Shown here piece after piece: positions 35,955 to 44,489 of a stretch of DNA of 64,000 nt. This stretch comes from Escherichia virus TH41. Made by a program: the position numbers and the translations under genes. The notes beneath the pieces were generated by a model. It was not told the DNA's origin. It searched no databases and saw nothing but the letters and a program-made list of their open reading frames with translations. Each line of letters begins with the position of its first letter. Position 1 is the stretch's first letter. The DNA lies in the sequence record MT446412.1. One strand, written 5' to 3'.

Positions 35955-36221
35955 ATGGATATTAAATTATACTACGCCAAACACAAAGTTACAGGTATGG
36001 TTGTTGCTGCTATGTATGATGCGTCAGGTGATGGTGATGATATTACTACAGAATTGTCTCTTTCTGAATGTAAATTTCTTCGCCCGCTAGTTGCCTCAAA
36101 GCGTGATTTAAAAAAGCTTATTGATGGAAAACTGGATAATGTTGATGGCATAGATATTCTTTATGACCTTCGCACCGCATTGCACAGGGGTCTGATTGAA
36201 ATAAAAGAGGTGATATTTTGA
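35955..36221 (+). CDS. hypothetical protein (88 aa)
   Basis: ORF 35883..36221 with ATG at 35955. Confidence 0.5.
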   Translation: MDIKLYYAKHKVTGMVVAAMYDASGDGDDITTELSLSECKFLRPLVASKRDLKKLIDGKLDNVDGIDILYDLRTALHRGLIEIKEVIF

Positions 36222-36311
36222 GCAGCAAAACCTGGTGTCTTATCTGGATGTTGTGTATCCCAGTAATTTGCGTTTGTTTTAGTTTATTATTAATGAAACT
36301 TGCATAAAAGA

Positions 36312-36340
36312 GTGTACATCTCCGGTGGTTGTAGTATAAT
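36312..36340 (+). promoter_or_regulatory. early promoter cassette
   Basis: GTGTACA, 16 nt, TATAAT; leader CTATCAACTACTGGAG. Confidence 0.55.
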
Positions 36341-36360
36341 GAACCTATCAACTACTGGAG

Positions 36361-36483
36361 ATGATTATGAAAAAGTTACTTAAAGCCATTTGGAACATGT
36401 TTGTACTGTTTGTTGTCCTGAGCATTTTCCCAATTGTTTTTATGATTGACCATGTACGCGTTTACTTTAACTATTTCTTTTGA
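36361..36483 (+). CDS. small membrane peptide (40 aa)
   Basis: ATG after the leader; MIMKKLLKAIWNMFVLFVVLSIFPIVF. Confidence 0.3.
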   Translation: MIMKKLLKAIWNMFVLFVVLSIFPIVFMIDHVRVYFNYFF

Positions 36484-36493
36484 GGATAATATT

Positions 36494-36700
36494 ATGAATT
36501 ACAATTCACAATTTCAGAAATCTAATCGTCGCTTTGACTTTATGTTCAAGTTTATTGTGGCAATGATTATCCTGATTTTCATTGGTGCCATTGCAATGAT
36601 TGGTTTCCAGCTCTGGATTGCTGCTGAAGTGTTCACACAAATCCAGGATAATGGTTTGAAGTCTGTTGTTGATGTAATTTGGAATGGTGCTAAGCAATGA
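36494..36700 (+). CDS. small membrane protein (68 aa)
   Basis: ORF 36446..36700 with ATG at 36494 after GAGGA. Confidence 0.45.
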   Translation: MNYNSQFQKSNRRFDFMFKFIVAMIILIFIGAIAMIGFQLWIAAEVFTQIQDNGLKSVVDVIWNGAKQ

Positions 36701-36942
36701 AACTTTTTAAAGACATTGCAGTTGGTGAAAAATTTGTCCTGGGTAATGGTCAACAACTGATTCGCATTTCGCCTTTAATGGATAACAGTGAGCGCCCTGT
36801 GCGTACTGAAAACTGTTTGGATTATCCTTTTTATCAGAAACGTTTTGCAATTGAAAATAATACTGAGTGCTTCACAGTTGATGAACTGATGGAATCATCA
36901 GAAGAAGTTGACTTGTGGGATGGCGCGGTAGATGTAGAATAG
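36697..36942 (+). CDS. hypothetical protein (81 aa)
   Basis: ORF overlapping the previous stop. Confidence 0.5.
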   Translation: MKLFKDIAVGEKFVLGNGQQLIRISPLMDNSERPVRTENCLDYPFYQKRFAIENNTECFTVDELMESSEEVDLWDGAVDVE

Positions 36943-36971
36943 TGTACAAACTCATGGGAGCAGAGTATAAT
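36942..36971 (+). promoter_or_regulatory. early promoter cassette
   Basis: GTGTACA, 17 nt, TATAAT. Confidence 0.6.
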
Positions 36972-37009
36972 GTTCCCGTGGATAATAAAATTTAATTGAG
37001 GAAAATATT

Positions 37010-37354
37010 ATGTCTAAAGTATTTTTTGGTAATCGCAACATTATGTTCTTTAAACAGATTAGCATATCAGAAGCATTTGATTTAAGTTATTCAGGTGGTA
37101 CAAAAGCTGTTAACCTTAAAAATTTGATGTCTGCAGAATTTGCATTCTATCAGGACCCTGAAACTGGTTTCTATAAATTTATTAAGTTCCGCATGACTAT
37201 GGACCGCGATTATCGCGATGTTTATTATACAAGTTATGAAAGTGTTGTGAATGCAATTCGTGAAGCTTATGGGTTGGATTCGTTGTCTCTTGACCGTCTG
37301 TATAATGCAAGCCTTTACACCAGTGGATTTATTTTAGAACAACTACAAAAATAG
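37010..37354 (+). CDS. hypothetical protein (114 aa)
   Basis: ORF after the cassette. Confidence 0.55.
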   Translation: MSKVFFGNRNIMFFKQISISEAFDLSYSGGTKAVNLKNLMSAEFAFYQDPETGFYKFIKFRMTMDRDYRDVYYTSYESVVNAIREAYGLDSLSLDRLYNASLYTSGFILEQLQK

Positions 37355-37383
37355 TGTACAAACTCTTGGGGTCAGAGTATAAT
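37354..37383 (+). promoter_or_regulatory. early promoter cassette with -10 inside a perfect hairpin
   Basis: GTGTACA, 17 nt, TATAAT; GGGGTCA-gagtataa-TGACCCC 7-bp inverted repeat (37368-37389). Confidence 0.6.
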
Positions 37384-37427
37384 GACCCCACTGGAGCACA
37401 AAACTTTAACTTACTGAGGAAATTAAT

Positions 37428-37877
37428 ATGACTACTTACATGACCCGTCGTGACGTACTGAATGCTGGTGCTACCACTGTTGCTTATATCCATAATGGTA
37501 ATTATGTTGCCGGTCGCCCAACTAAAGAAGCTATCGCTCAACCAGGTTTTTATTTCGTGGTTAAAGGTGAAGGCGAATCACGTATTGTTGCTGCACGTTT
37601 TTATGTTGGTAACCAACGTTCACAACAAGGGTTTGACACTGTATTAAGTCACATCCGCAAACAACGTTCACAATTGTCTCGCACAATGGCGAACAATGGT
37701 GTTATCTATGAAGTCCTGTTTGTTCCAGTTTCTAAAATGAAACCCCTGACAACTGGTTATGGTAAAGGTCAAATTGCGATGGCGTTCACTCGCTCACATA
37801 GTTCTGATTGCCAGACCCTTTCAGAAATGAATCGCATGCTTGCTGATAACTTTAAATTCATTCTGCAGAGCTATTAA
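37428..37877 (+). CDS. Ndd-like protein (149 aa)
   Basis: Size and position (between rIIB and 52) as T4 nucleoid-disruption protein Ndd; recalled similarity, not verified. Confidence 0.5.
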   Translation: MTTYMTRRDVLNAGATTVAYIHNGNYVAGRPTKEAIAQPGFYFVVKGEGESRIVAARFYVGNQRSQQGFDTVLSHIRKQRSQLSRTMANNGVIYEVLFVPVSKMKPLTTGYGKGQIAMAFTRSHSSDCQTLSEMNRMLADNFKFILQSY

Positions 37878-37878
37878 T

Positions 37879-38052
37879 ATGAGACATTTCTTTACAATGG
37901 GTTACCTATTTGTTTTAGCCCTATTTGTTATTACAGGAGCCTTTATAGCCTTTGGTGCTCCATTTAATGATAAAGTTGCTGTTACTATGTGCTTTAGTGG
38001 TGGGTATATCTGTTTTGAACGCTTATGCAAAATGTGTGGTATATATGAGTAA
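37879..38052 (+). CDS. small membrane protein (57 aa)
   Basis: ORF 37840..38052 with ATG at 37879. Confidence 0.4.
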   Translation: MRHFFTMGYLFVLALFVITGAFIAFGAPFNDKVAVTMCFSGGYICFERLCKMCGIYE

Positions 38053-38132
38053 TTTCCATAACGAACATGTGATGCAATGGCATCGTCATAATCTGAAATT
38101 AACCGGCGTCTTCGGACGTCCTTGAGGAAAAT

Positions 38133-38288
38133 ATGAATAAATTTGTTCATGGTGTAGCTTTTTTCTGCTGGTCATTTTTATTTGTTGGAACATTAATAAC
38201 TGGTGAAACTTCAGTATTTCTGCAGTCAACAGCTCAAGGTGTATTAGCAGTTTTATCACTATTTAAATTATTGGATAAAAATGATTAA
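38133..38288 (+). CDS. small membrane protein (51 aa; T4 ac position)
   Basis: ATG after GAGGAAA RBS; MNKFVHGVAFFCWSFLFVGTL... Confidence 0.4.
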   Translation: MNKFVHGVAFFCWSFLFVGTLITGETSVFLQSTAQGVLAVLSLFKLLDKND

Positions 38289-38421
38289 GAAAATCCTGGG
38301 CTACTCGTTAGCCCTTGCTGCCTTATTGGTGGCGCTGTATTATGGAGTTGTATTTGCATTAGTGCAGGTTGTGCTTTTTATTTCTGATGCTATAATGGCA
38401 GTACATTCGTTAATCTGGTAA
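38281..38421 (+). CDS. small membrane peptide (46 aa)
   Basis: Overlaps the previous stop; MIKKILGYSLALAALLVALYYGVVFALV. Confidence 0.3.
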   Translation: MIKKILGYSLALAALLVALYYGVVFALVQVVLFISDAIMAVHSLIW

Positions 38422-38429
38422 GGTGATAT

Positions 38430-39809
38430 ATGTCTGACGTTTTAAGTATGATGTCCAAACAGTTCAGTGATTCTATGGGGACCCTTAACCCACGCAGTCT
38501 AAAAGACATTATTGACGTGGAAGCATTGTCATATGCTATCTACACTGTGGAAGGTCGTGCCATTCCAAACATGATTGATGGTTTTAAACCAGTTCACAGA
38601 TTTGTTATGGCGAGAGCATTAGACCTGGCTCGTGGTGATAAGAATAAATTCCATAAGGTTGCATCCATTGCAGGTGGCGTAGCTGATTATGGTTATCACC
38701 ATGGCGAAGCATCAGCGGAAGAAGCAACTTCTGGTTTGGTCGCAACATATAAAAATGAATATCCTATGTTTGATGGGCAAGGTAACTTTGGTTCCAGAAT
38801 GGTTCCAGAAGCATCATCAGCTCGTTATGTATTCGCAAGGGTTTCAAAGAACTTTTACAACTTGTTTAAGGATACAGAATATGCTCCGGTCCATCCTGAT
38901 GAAGAACATAAGCCTCCTGCTTTTTATCTTCCTGTTATTCCTACTGTATTACTTAACGCCACTTCTGGGATTGCTGTTGGCTTCGCTACTGATATCCTTC
39001 CTCATTCGTTCCAGGACGTCAAGGAAGCTGTTAAAGCTATCGTGGAAGGTCGTGAGCCGGTTGCTCCGAAAGTAAAATATCCAGAATTCCGTGGTAAAGT
39101 TGTTGAGCTGGAAGAGCCTGGTAAGTATGAACTTCACGGCACATACAAAATGACCTCAAGGACTCAAATGGAAATTACTGAAATCCCGGTCCAATGGAAC
39201 CTGGAAAAATATACAAGTAAAATCCTGGACCCACTGGAAGAGAAAGGTTTTATCACCTGGAAAGATAACTGCGGCGAGCATGGTTTTGGGTTTAAGATTA
39301 AATTCCGCAAAGAATACAAGTTGGATGGCACTGAAGAAGAGAATCATGAGAAAATCATGAAAGACTTTGGTCTGATTGAGAAACTCTCCCAGAACTTAAC
39401 TGTGCTTAATCACAAAGGCAAATTAGCTGAATACACCAACACGCTTGACCTGATTCGCGATTTCGTTGATGTCCGTAAGACCTATGTTCAAGTGCGAATT
39501 GACAGTAAGATTAAAGAAACTGAAGCGGCATTTAAACTGGCCCGGGCAAAAGTCTTCTTTATTAAAGAAGTGATTGATGGTAAGGTTGTTATCCAGGGGA
39601 AACCTCGTAAGAAGTTGATTGAGGAACTCCAGGCGAGTGAAATATATGGCGATTATGCAGAGAAGTTAGTGGCGATGAACATCTACCATATGACCTCTGA
39701 TGAAGCCAAGAAGCTTGCAGACGAAGCAAAGGCTAAGAAAGCTGAGCATGAGTACTGGAAGACAACTGATGTTAAAACTGAATACCTTAATGATTTGGAG
39801 GCTCTATGA
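38430..39809 (+). CDS. 52: DNA topoisomerase II medium subunit gp52 (GyrA-like)
   Basis: 459 aa; breakage-reunion domain blocks; size and position as T4 gp52. Confidence 0.93.
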   Translation: MSDVLSMMSKQFSDSMGTLNPRSLKDIIDVEALSYAIYTVEGRAIPNMIDGFKPVHRFVMARALDLARGDKNKFHKVASIAGGVADYGYHHGEASAEEATSGLVATYKNEYPMFDGQGNFGSRMVPEASSARYVFARVSKNFYNLFKDTEYAPVHPDEEHKPPAFYLPVIPTVLLNATSGIAVGFATDILPHSFQDVKEAVKAIVEGREPVAPKVKYPEFRGKVVELEEPGKYELHGTYKMTSRTQMEITEIPVQWNLEKYTSKILDPLEEKGFITWKDNCGEHGFGFKIKFRKEYKLDGTEEENHEKIMKDFGLIEKLSQNLTVLNHKGKLAEYTNTLDLIRDFVDVRKTYVQVRIDSKIKETEAAFKLARAKVFFIKEVIDGKVVIQGKPRKKLIEELQASEIYGDYAEKLVAMNIYHMTSDEAKKLADEAKAKKAEHEYWKTTDVKTEYLNDLEAL

Positions 39810-39901
39810 GTTTTGGAGTTGAGTTTGCATTGCTTTGTATTTTTGCGGCAATCGCAGGTGTGATTGTTGGTATGTTTATTGGCAATAAGATAGATAAAGA
39901 C

Positions 39902-39926
39902 TAGGACCCTTCGGGGTCCTTTTTAT
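39902..39926 (+). terminator. intrinsic terminator (TTCG tetraloop)
   Basis: AGGACCC-TTCG-GGGTCCT followed by TTTTT. Confidence 0.7.
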
Positions 39927-39938
39927 TTTAAAAAAGTA

Positions 39939-39968
39939 GTGTACAAGTCCCTTGACCTGATGCATAAT
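39939..39968 (+). promoter_or_regulatory. early promoter cassette
   Basis: GTGTACA, 17 nt, CATAAT; leader CCATACTGAGTT. Confidence 0.6.
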
Positions 39969-40017
39969 GATTCCATACTGAGTTACACAATGAATCACAA
40001 AAACTTTGGAGAATAAA

Positions 40018-40233
40018 ATGTTTACTGCACAACAGAATGAAGGTCAAGAATACATTAACGCTAAATTCAAATCTAATAAAGAAGCTTGCTATTACTACTT
40101 TGACATGTTCAAACTGGCAAACTCTAAAGAAGAACGTAAACAAGCGATTGATGTGATTGTTTCTACTTCCCATATGAAACGTACTGTGGTACAATCATAT
40201 GCATCAAATTATATGAAATCTATTAAGGGATAA
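40018..40233 (+). CDS. hypothetical protein (71 aa)
   Basis: ORF 40006..40233 with ATG at 40018. Confidence 0.5.
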   Translation: MFTAQQNEGQEYINAKFKSNKEACYYYFDMFKLANSKEERKQAIDVIVSTSHMKRTVVQSYASNYMKSIKG

Positions 40234-40235
40234 TT

Positions 40236-40844
40236 GTGAACAAGTTAAATTATATCGTTAAATGCTCCCAGAATGCTCTACATGAGACTGATGTTAATGC
40301 TCTGGTGTTTGTATACAAAAACAACTTCGTGCGTCCTGAGGTTGTTTTAGGCCAGCAGAACACGTCAATTGATAGCGTGCAGACATTGTTGAATAACAAC
40401 TATGTTGAAGCTTCTGGTGATGGTTTGATGGTTACAGAAAAAGGTGTTGACCTTATTCTGGATGCAGCTGAACTTTGGGCAAATGAAAATAATCCTGACC
40501 TTCTGGAAGTGAAGAAGACAAGAACAAAACGCGGTGTGACTGATGAAATGGAAGCGACTGCAGAATATATCAAAGAGCAATTGTTGTCTATTGGTATTGA
40601 CTTTAAGAGCATTTCAGAAGACCGCAGCAATCTGATTGTGAAGTTCAAGCGTGTCAAGACATTAAAACAGATTGATGTTCGTCGTGATGGTCAGATTCGC
40701 GTGCATGCGTATAATACTGAACAAAAGATAGTAAAACAGTTTACAGACGTGGGATTTAGCGTTAAAGTAGGTGGATTGAATACCTACATTGACAATCATA
40801 TGTCAACTGAAAACATTCAACATGTTATTAACATCTTAAAGTGA
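40236..40844 (+). CDS. motA: middle-transcription activator MotA
   Basis: 202 aa, GTG start; ASGDGLMVTEKGVDLI and C-terminal QFTDVGFSVKVGG blocks resemble T4 MotA. Confidence 0.75.
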   Translation: MNKLNYIVKCSQNALHETDVNALVFVYKNNFVRPEVVLGQQNTSIDSVQTLLNNNYVEASGDGLMVTEKGVDLILDAAELWANENNPDLLEVKKTRTKRGVTDEMEATAEYIKEQLLSIGIDFKSISEDRSNLIVKFKRVKTLKQIDVRRDGQIRVHAYNTEQKIVKQFTDVGFSVKVGGLNTYIDNHMSTENIQHVINILK

Positions 40845-40851
40845 GGAAATT

Positions 40852-41184
40852 ATGAATAAGCTGAATATTGTTAATGAATTGCGTGCTTGTGTAGAACCCA
40901 CTCAAGAGGGTTGGGATGTTTGGTATCATGGCGCTTACCTTGGGACTATTGTCAAGGTCAAAGCTGGTCAGTATCTTATCCATCGCCAGGATGATGCAGT
41001 AGCTCCATTTGGTGCTCGCAAGAACTTCATGGCGGCGATTGGTGCCTTTGTTCCAGCAGCATATGAAGTCTATAAAGCTGACTATAAAGAATACCTGGAA
41101 TCACAACCAGTTATTCGCTCAATTGGTGTTAATAAAGCTCAACAGAAAAGTCTGTGGCAACGTGTTAAAGGTTGGTTCAAATGA
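40852..41184 (+). CDS. hypothetical protein (110 aa)
   Basis: ORF. Confidence 0.5.
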   Translation: MNKLNIVNELRACVEPTQEGWDVWYHGAYLGTIVKVKAGQYLIHRQDDAVAPFGARKNFMAAIGAFVPAAYEVYKADYKEYLESQPVIRSIGVNKAQQKSLWQRVKGWFK

Positions 41185-41519
41185 TTCCTATGGAACTAAA
41201 TTGGGATGGCGAAGGTCATTCCCTTAAATTGATTGAAGAACAACGTAACGCTTGGGATGAGCGCTGTGCCCTGGTGAATGGTATTAAGAAAACTTATCAA
41301 CTTAACCTCCAGATTGATAATGTTACTCTTGAATTTGGTATGCAGCTATTGCGATTTCTTGAGCTTATTTTTACGGAAAAAGTGAATATAACTTCGTATG
41401 GCGAAGGCAAAACAGTTGATATTAAATTATCATCCTATTATAAAGGTGATTTAATTGAAACCGCCGCTAAAATTCAAGAATTCGCTAAAGATAACGGTTA
41501 TAAGGTGATTTTCAAATGA
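41172..41519 (+). CDS. hypothetical protein (115 aa)
   Basis: ORF. Confidence 0.5.
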   Translation: MVQMIPMELNWDGEGHSLKLIEEQRNAWDERCALVNGIKKTYQLNLQIDNVTLEFGMQLLRFLELIFTEKVNITSYGEGKTVDIKLSSYYKGDLIETAAKIQEFAKDNGYKVIFK

Positions 41520-42127
41520 ATCCATTAAAAGGTAAAGCGTTATCCTTTAAAGACCGTATGGCCTTGTTAGATAAAGCTCTTTCTCGGGAGACTCCTGAAA
41601 GTCTCGCTGCTAAATTACATGCATACGGTGATTACACCGAATATAATGAAGAAGGTAATTGTGAAATGAATCCGTTTATCACTCGTTTAGAAATGTTACC
41701 AGCACCAGAATCGCGTGAAACCCCCAAAAGCCTCGCTGAAAAATTTAAAGCACATGGATACACATGCGATGAAAAAGATATTCTGGAAGAAGTCCCAGAA
41801 ATCTGTTGGCAGATTGCACATTGGAATAACAATGAAAAATATCAGCGACGGATTGTATGTGCCGCCAACCGATTTAAGTTAAAAGATGGTGGGACTCTGG
41901 TTATTCCTGGTGCCAGACATTATTCCAAGGATATGGCAGAAGTGCTTGACCAAGTAAGTGATAAACTTGTGTCAGACCATGTTTGTGGTGTTAATCAAGG
42001 ATTCATTGACCAGTACAGCAATTACTGGACCCGCGAAGAAGCAATGATTATTGCGACTTATGCAAATCAAGTGCGTATTGAACGTGGCGGTAGTGAAAAA
42101 GAACTTTATTCAGAGGACCTTTATTAA
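41516..42127 (+). CDS. hypothetical protein (203 aa) with internal tandem repeat
   Basis: [16 protein letters not shown] / [16 protein letters not shown] repeated N-terminally. Confidence 0.5.
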   Translation: MNPLKGKALSFKDRMALLDKALSRETPESLAAKLHAYGDYTEYNEEGNCEMNPFITRLEMLPAPESRETPKSLAEKFKAHGYTCDEKDILEEVPEICWQIAHWNNNEKYQRRIVCAANRFKLKDGGTLVIPGARHYSKDMAEVLDQVSDKLVSDHVCGVNQGFIDQYSNYWTREEAMIIATYANQVRIERGGSEKELYSEDLY

Positions 42128-42405
42128 TGAACCTTAAACAACTCCAGATTGATGCAATCGAAACCCATATCAATCATATCAAACGTCTGAACACTATGAT
42201 GGAAGACAACTGGGGAACTTATGTTAACCAGCCGGCTTGGGATGCTTTAGACCATGAATATATAAAGGATATTAGTGATAACACGTATAGAGTTAGAGAA
42301 GGTCTGAAACCCTTCCTACGTGATATGTATATTGCAACTAATAAAGAAATTATCAGTTCTCTTGAATATCAATTAAGGAAATTGCATGAACAATCTGGTA
42401 GCTAA
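42127..42405 (+). CDS. hypothetical protein (92 aa)
   Basis: ORF. Confidence 0.5.
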   Translation: MNLKQLQIDAIETHINHIKRLNTMMEDNWGTYVNQPAWDALDHEYIKDISDNTYRVREGLKPFLRDMYIATNKEIISSLEYQLRKLHEQSGS

Positions 42406-42717
42406 GCACGATTTCAATAAGGCGTCTGTCCATAAGGACAAGAAGAAAACCAAAATGCAGTCCAAACGTAAGCAGAAGCACAAAGGGAATCATTATGAGC
42501 CATAACTTAGAGAACACCATCACCGGTCAACGTACGCACGAGCAGGCTTGCTTTGAGGAATTCCTTGGAGCTGATTTTAAGTTCCAGGAACCAGTTGAAC
42601 AGATGTATCAGGAATATGTTGTACAGATGGAAAATCATGTGTACAACCCAGAGGAATAATAGTATAATACCCTTACTGAATAATTGAATGTCTTATTGAA
42701 TACTTGAGTAAATTAAA

Positions 42718-42993
42718 ATGACTAAATTTGAAATCGTTTCTGAAATTGTTACTATAACTTCAATTTTGATTAAAACCGACCGGGAAGATATTACGATGAA
42801 GCGCGATGTGTTTATCGCGTTTTTGAATGAGTTGGGATTGAGAAATGAGAATGGGAATGAGTTAAACAATGTATCGTTTAACAAGTTGTTTAAAAGTTTA
42901 TCTGAAGATGAAATTGAACAAATTATTGAACAATTTAACGAAGGATTCGAAGATATACACCGTTATCTTATGATGTATACCTCCGGATTCTAA
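42718..42993 (+). CDS. asiA: anti-sigma-70 factor AsiA
   Basis: 91 aa; ITSILIK..REDI..FIAFLNE..QFNEGFEDIHRYLMMYT matches T4 AsiA. Confidence 0.85.
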   Translation: MTKFEIVSEIVTITSILIKTDREDITMKRDVFIAFLNELGLRNENGNELNNVSFNKLFKSLSEDEIEQIIEQFNEGFEDIHRYLMMYTSGF

Positions 42994-43643
42994 CGTGTAC
43001 GCCCAAGCGTACGACCTGCTTGTCCACACATAGAAGAAAGCCTATCAAAACCAAGGTCGGGTTTTTGCTTATACCAGTACAGTGAGACTGTGCCTGCATA
43101 AACGTTTTCCAAATTAAAGAATGGGCAGCTGAACATATATGTGAAGCTGCTTTTTTTCTTTGTTGGTAAGAATACAGATTCCACACTGGATTCAAAATAA
43201 TTACCATTAACCCCCGCCAAATATTCCGCTGAAGTCTTATCTATTGGAAACCCACCTAAATTTTTTTCGTCGACTGTATCAGGCAATATCCCCTCGTAAC
43301 CCACCATATCCACAAAGTAGTTAAGGTTAGTTGGCCTAAAAGAATATATTGCTGTAAAGTCTGCCCCACTTGACGAGTGGACTATCTGGATTTGCTCGAT
43401 AGCTGCAATTTTAAATCTGTTATCCTGGTCTTGCCTTATCATTTCAGTGTATGAGGCATATGAAGCATCCCTGTACGCATCTAAAAGTGCATCACCTTTA
43501 TACCAGATTACCGCCATTAAAAATAATAGAACAATAACTAGTACCCGGGAAAAAACAACTTTCCCGGTCGCATTATCTTTAAAAATTCTATCAAGAAGTC
43601 CAAAAAGTAGGTCGGGTATTGATATTCCTACTTTTGGTTCCAT
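42990..43643 (-). CDS. t: holin T
   Basis: 217 aa; LLFGLLDRIFKDNATGKV, single TM and large periplasmic domain blocks match T4 holin. Confidence 0.9.
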   Translation of the reverse strand: MEPKVGISIPDLLFGLLDRIFKDNATGKVVFSRVLVIVLLFLMAVIWYKGDALLDAYRDASYASYTEMIRQDQDNRFKIAAIEQIQIVHSSSGADFTAIYSFRPTNLNYFVDMVGYEGILPDTVDEKNLGGFPIDKTSAEYLAGVNGNYFESSVESVFLPTKKKSSFTYMFSCPFFNLENVYAGTVSLYWYKQKPDLGFDRLSSMCGQAGRTLGRTR

Positions 43644-43662
43644 ACTTTTCTCCTTTAAAGAT

Positions 43663-43670
43663 ATTTATAG
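43663..43670 (-). promoter_or_regulatory. late promoter TATAAATA for t
   Basis: TATTTATA on + strand, 20 nt upstream of the t start. Confidence 0.5.
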
Positions 43671-43680
43671 CGCTTATGTA

Positions 43681-44460
43681 CTATAACCATGAGCCGTAAA
43701 TTGTGCCTGTAGCACCCCATGATGGGGAGGAACCGAATACTGCTCTACCAGGAGCACCACCACCCGACCTGGATAAGTTATTACCCCATCCATTGCCACC
43801 AGCGCCTCCAGCATCACCGCCATTGCCACCGCCAAATTGGCTTGCATTACCACCGCCACCTGGACCATCATAACTAGCATTGCCGCCTGGCCAATTAACA
43901 CCACCGCCGCCGAGACCAAATGGTCTGCCGCCACCGCCACCTGCTGTAGCATTTGCAGGCCAACTATTCTGTAATGATGCGGCACCGCCGCCACCACCAC
44001 CGGAGGCTATCACACCATAATTCCAAATGCGAAGTCGTCCACCAATATCATTTTGGATTACGTCACCACCATTAGTGCCCGGGCTTCCATTTACTGTACC
44101 GTTGCCACCTCGGCCCCACATATGAACACCACCATGAATATTCAAAGTAACATATTCGTTAGGGGTATCACCGTACATAAAGAACAACGGAACATCTTTA
44201 GTATATGATACTAAGTTGCCTGTGATATTAAACACTATAGGAGCACCGCCGGCTTCAAAGCAACGGTCTCTAAACCATTGCCCGTTAAAGTTGTGGTCCG
44301 CACCAAGTGTGTGAATAATCTCACGGGACCGACCAGCAAATTGCGACATTGATACCGGTAGTCCCAATCTTAACTGTCCAGCCGCTGCAGACATCCATCG
44401 CTGGCCTGTTTCAGCCACTGCTGATGTTCCAATCCAACCAGGAATTCCTACTACTGCCAT
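43681..44460 (-). CDS. 38: long-tail-fibre tip adhesin gp38 (T2 type, glycine-rich)
   Basis: 259 aa; conserved N-terminus [15 protein letters not shown]...[19 protein letters not shown] and C-terminal polyglycine tracts. Confidence 0.8.
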   Translation of the reverse strand: MAVVGIPGWIGTSAVAETGQRWMSAAAGQLRLGLPVSMSQFAGRSREIIHTLGADHNFNGQWFRDRCFEAGGAPIVFNITGNLVSYTKDVPLFFMYGDTPNEYVTLNIHGGVHMWGRGGNGTVNGSPGTNGGDVIQNDIGGRLRIWNYGVIASGGGGGGAASLQNSWPANATAGGGGGRPFGLGGGGVNWPGGNASYDGPGGGGNASQFGGGNGGDAGGAGGNGWGNNLSRSGGGAPGRAVFGSSPSWGATGTIYGSWL

Positions 44461-44470
44461 AAAAACCTCC

Positions 44471-44486
44471 AGGGCCCGAAGGCCCT
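44471..44486 (-). other. TTCG-tetraloop hairpin between genes 37 and 38
   Basis: On - strand AGGGCC-TTCG-GGCCCT then GGAGG and TTTTT before the gp38 ATG. Confidence 0.4.
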
Positions 44487-44489
44487 TTC

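Noticed and set aside
43447-44000. Plus-strand ORFs overlapping t and gp38 (43447..43686, 43674..44000)
   Set aside because: Antisense to the conserved holin and adhesin genes; the Ala/Val-rich translation reflects the reverse complement of the Gly-rich coding sequence.
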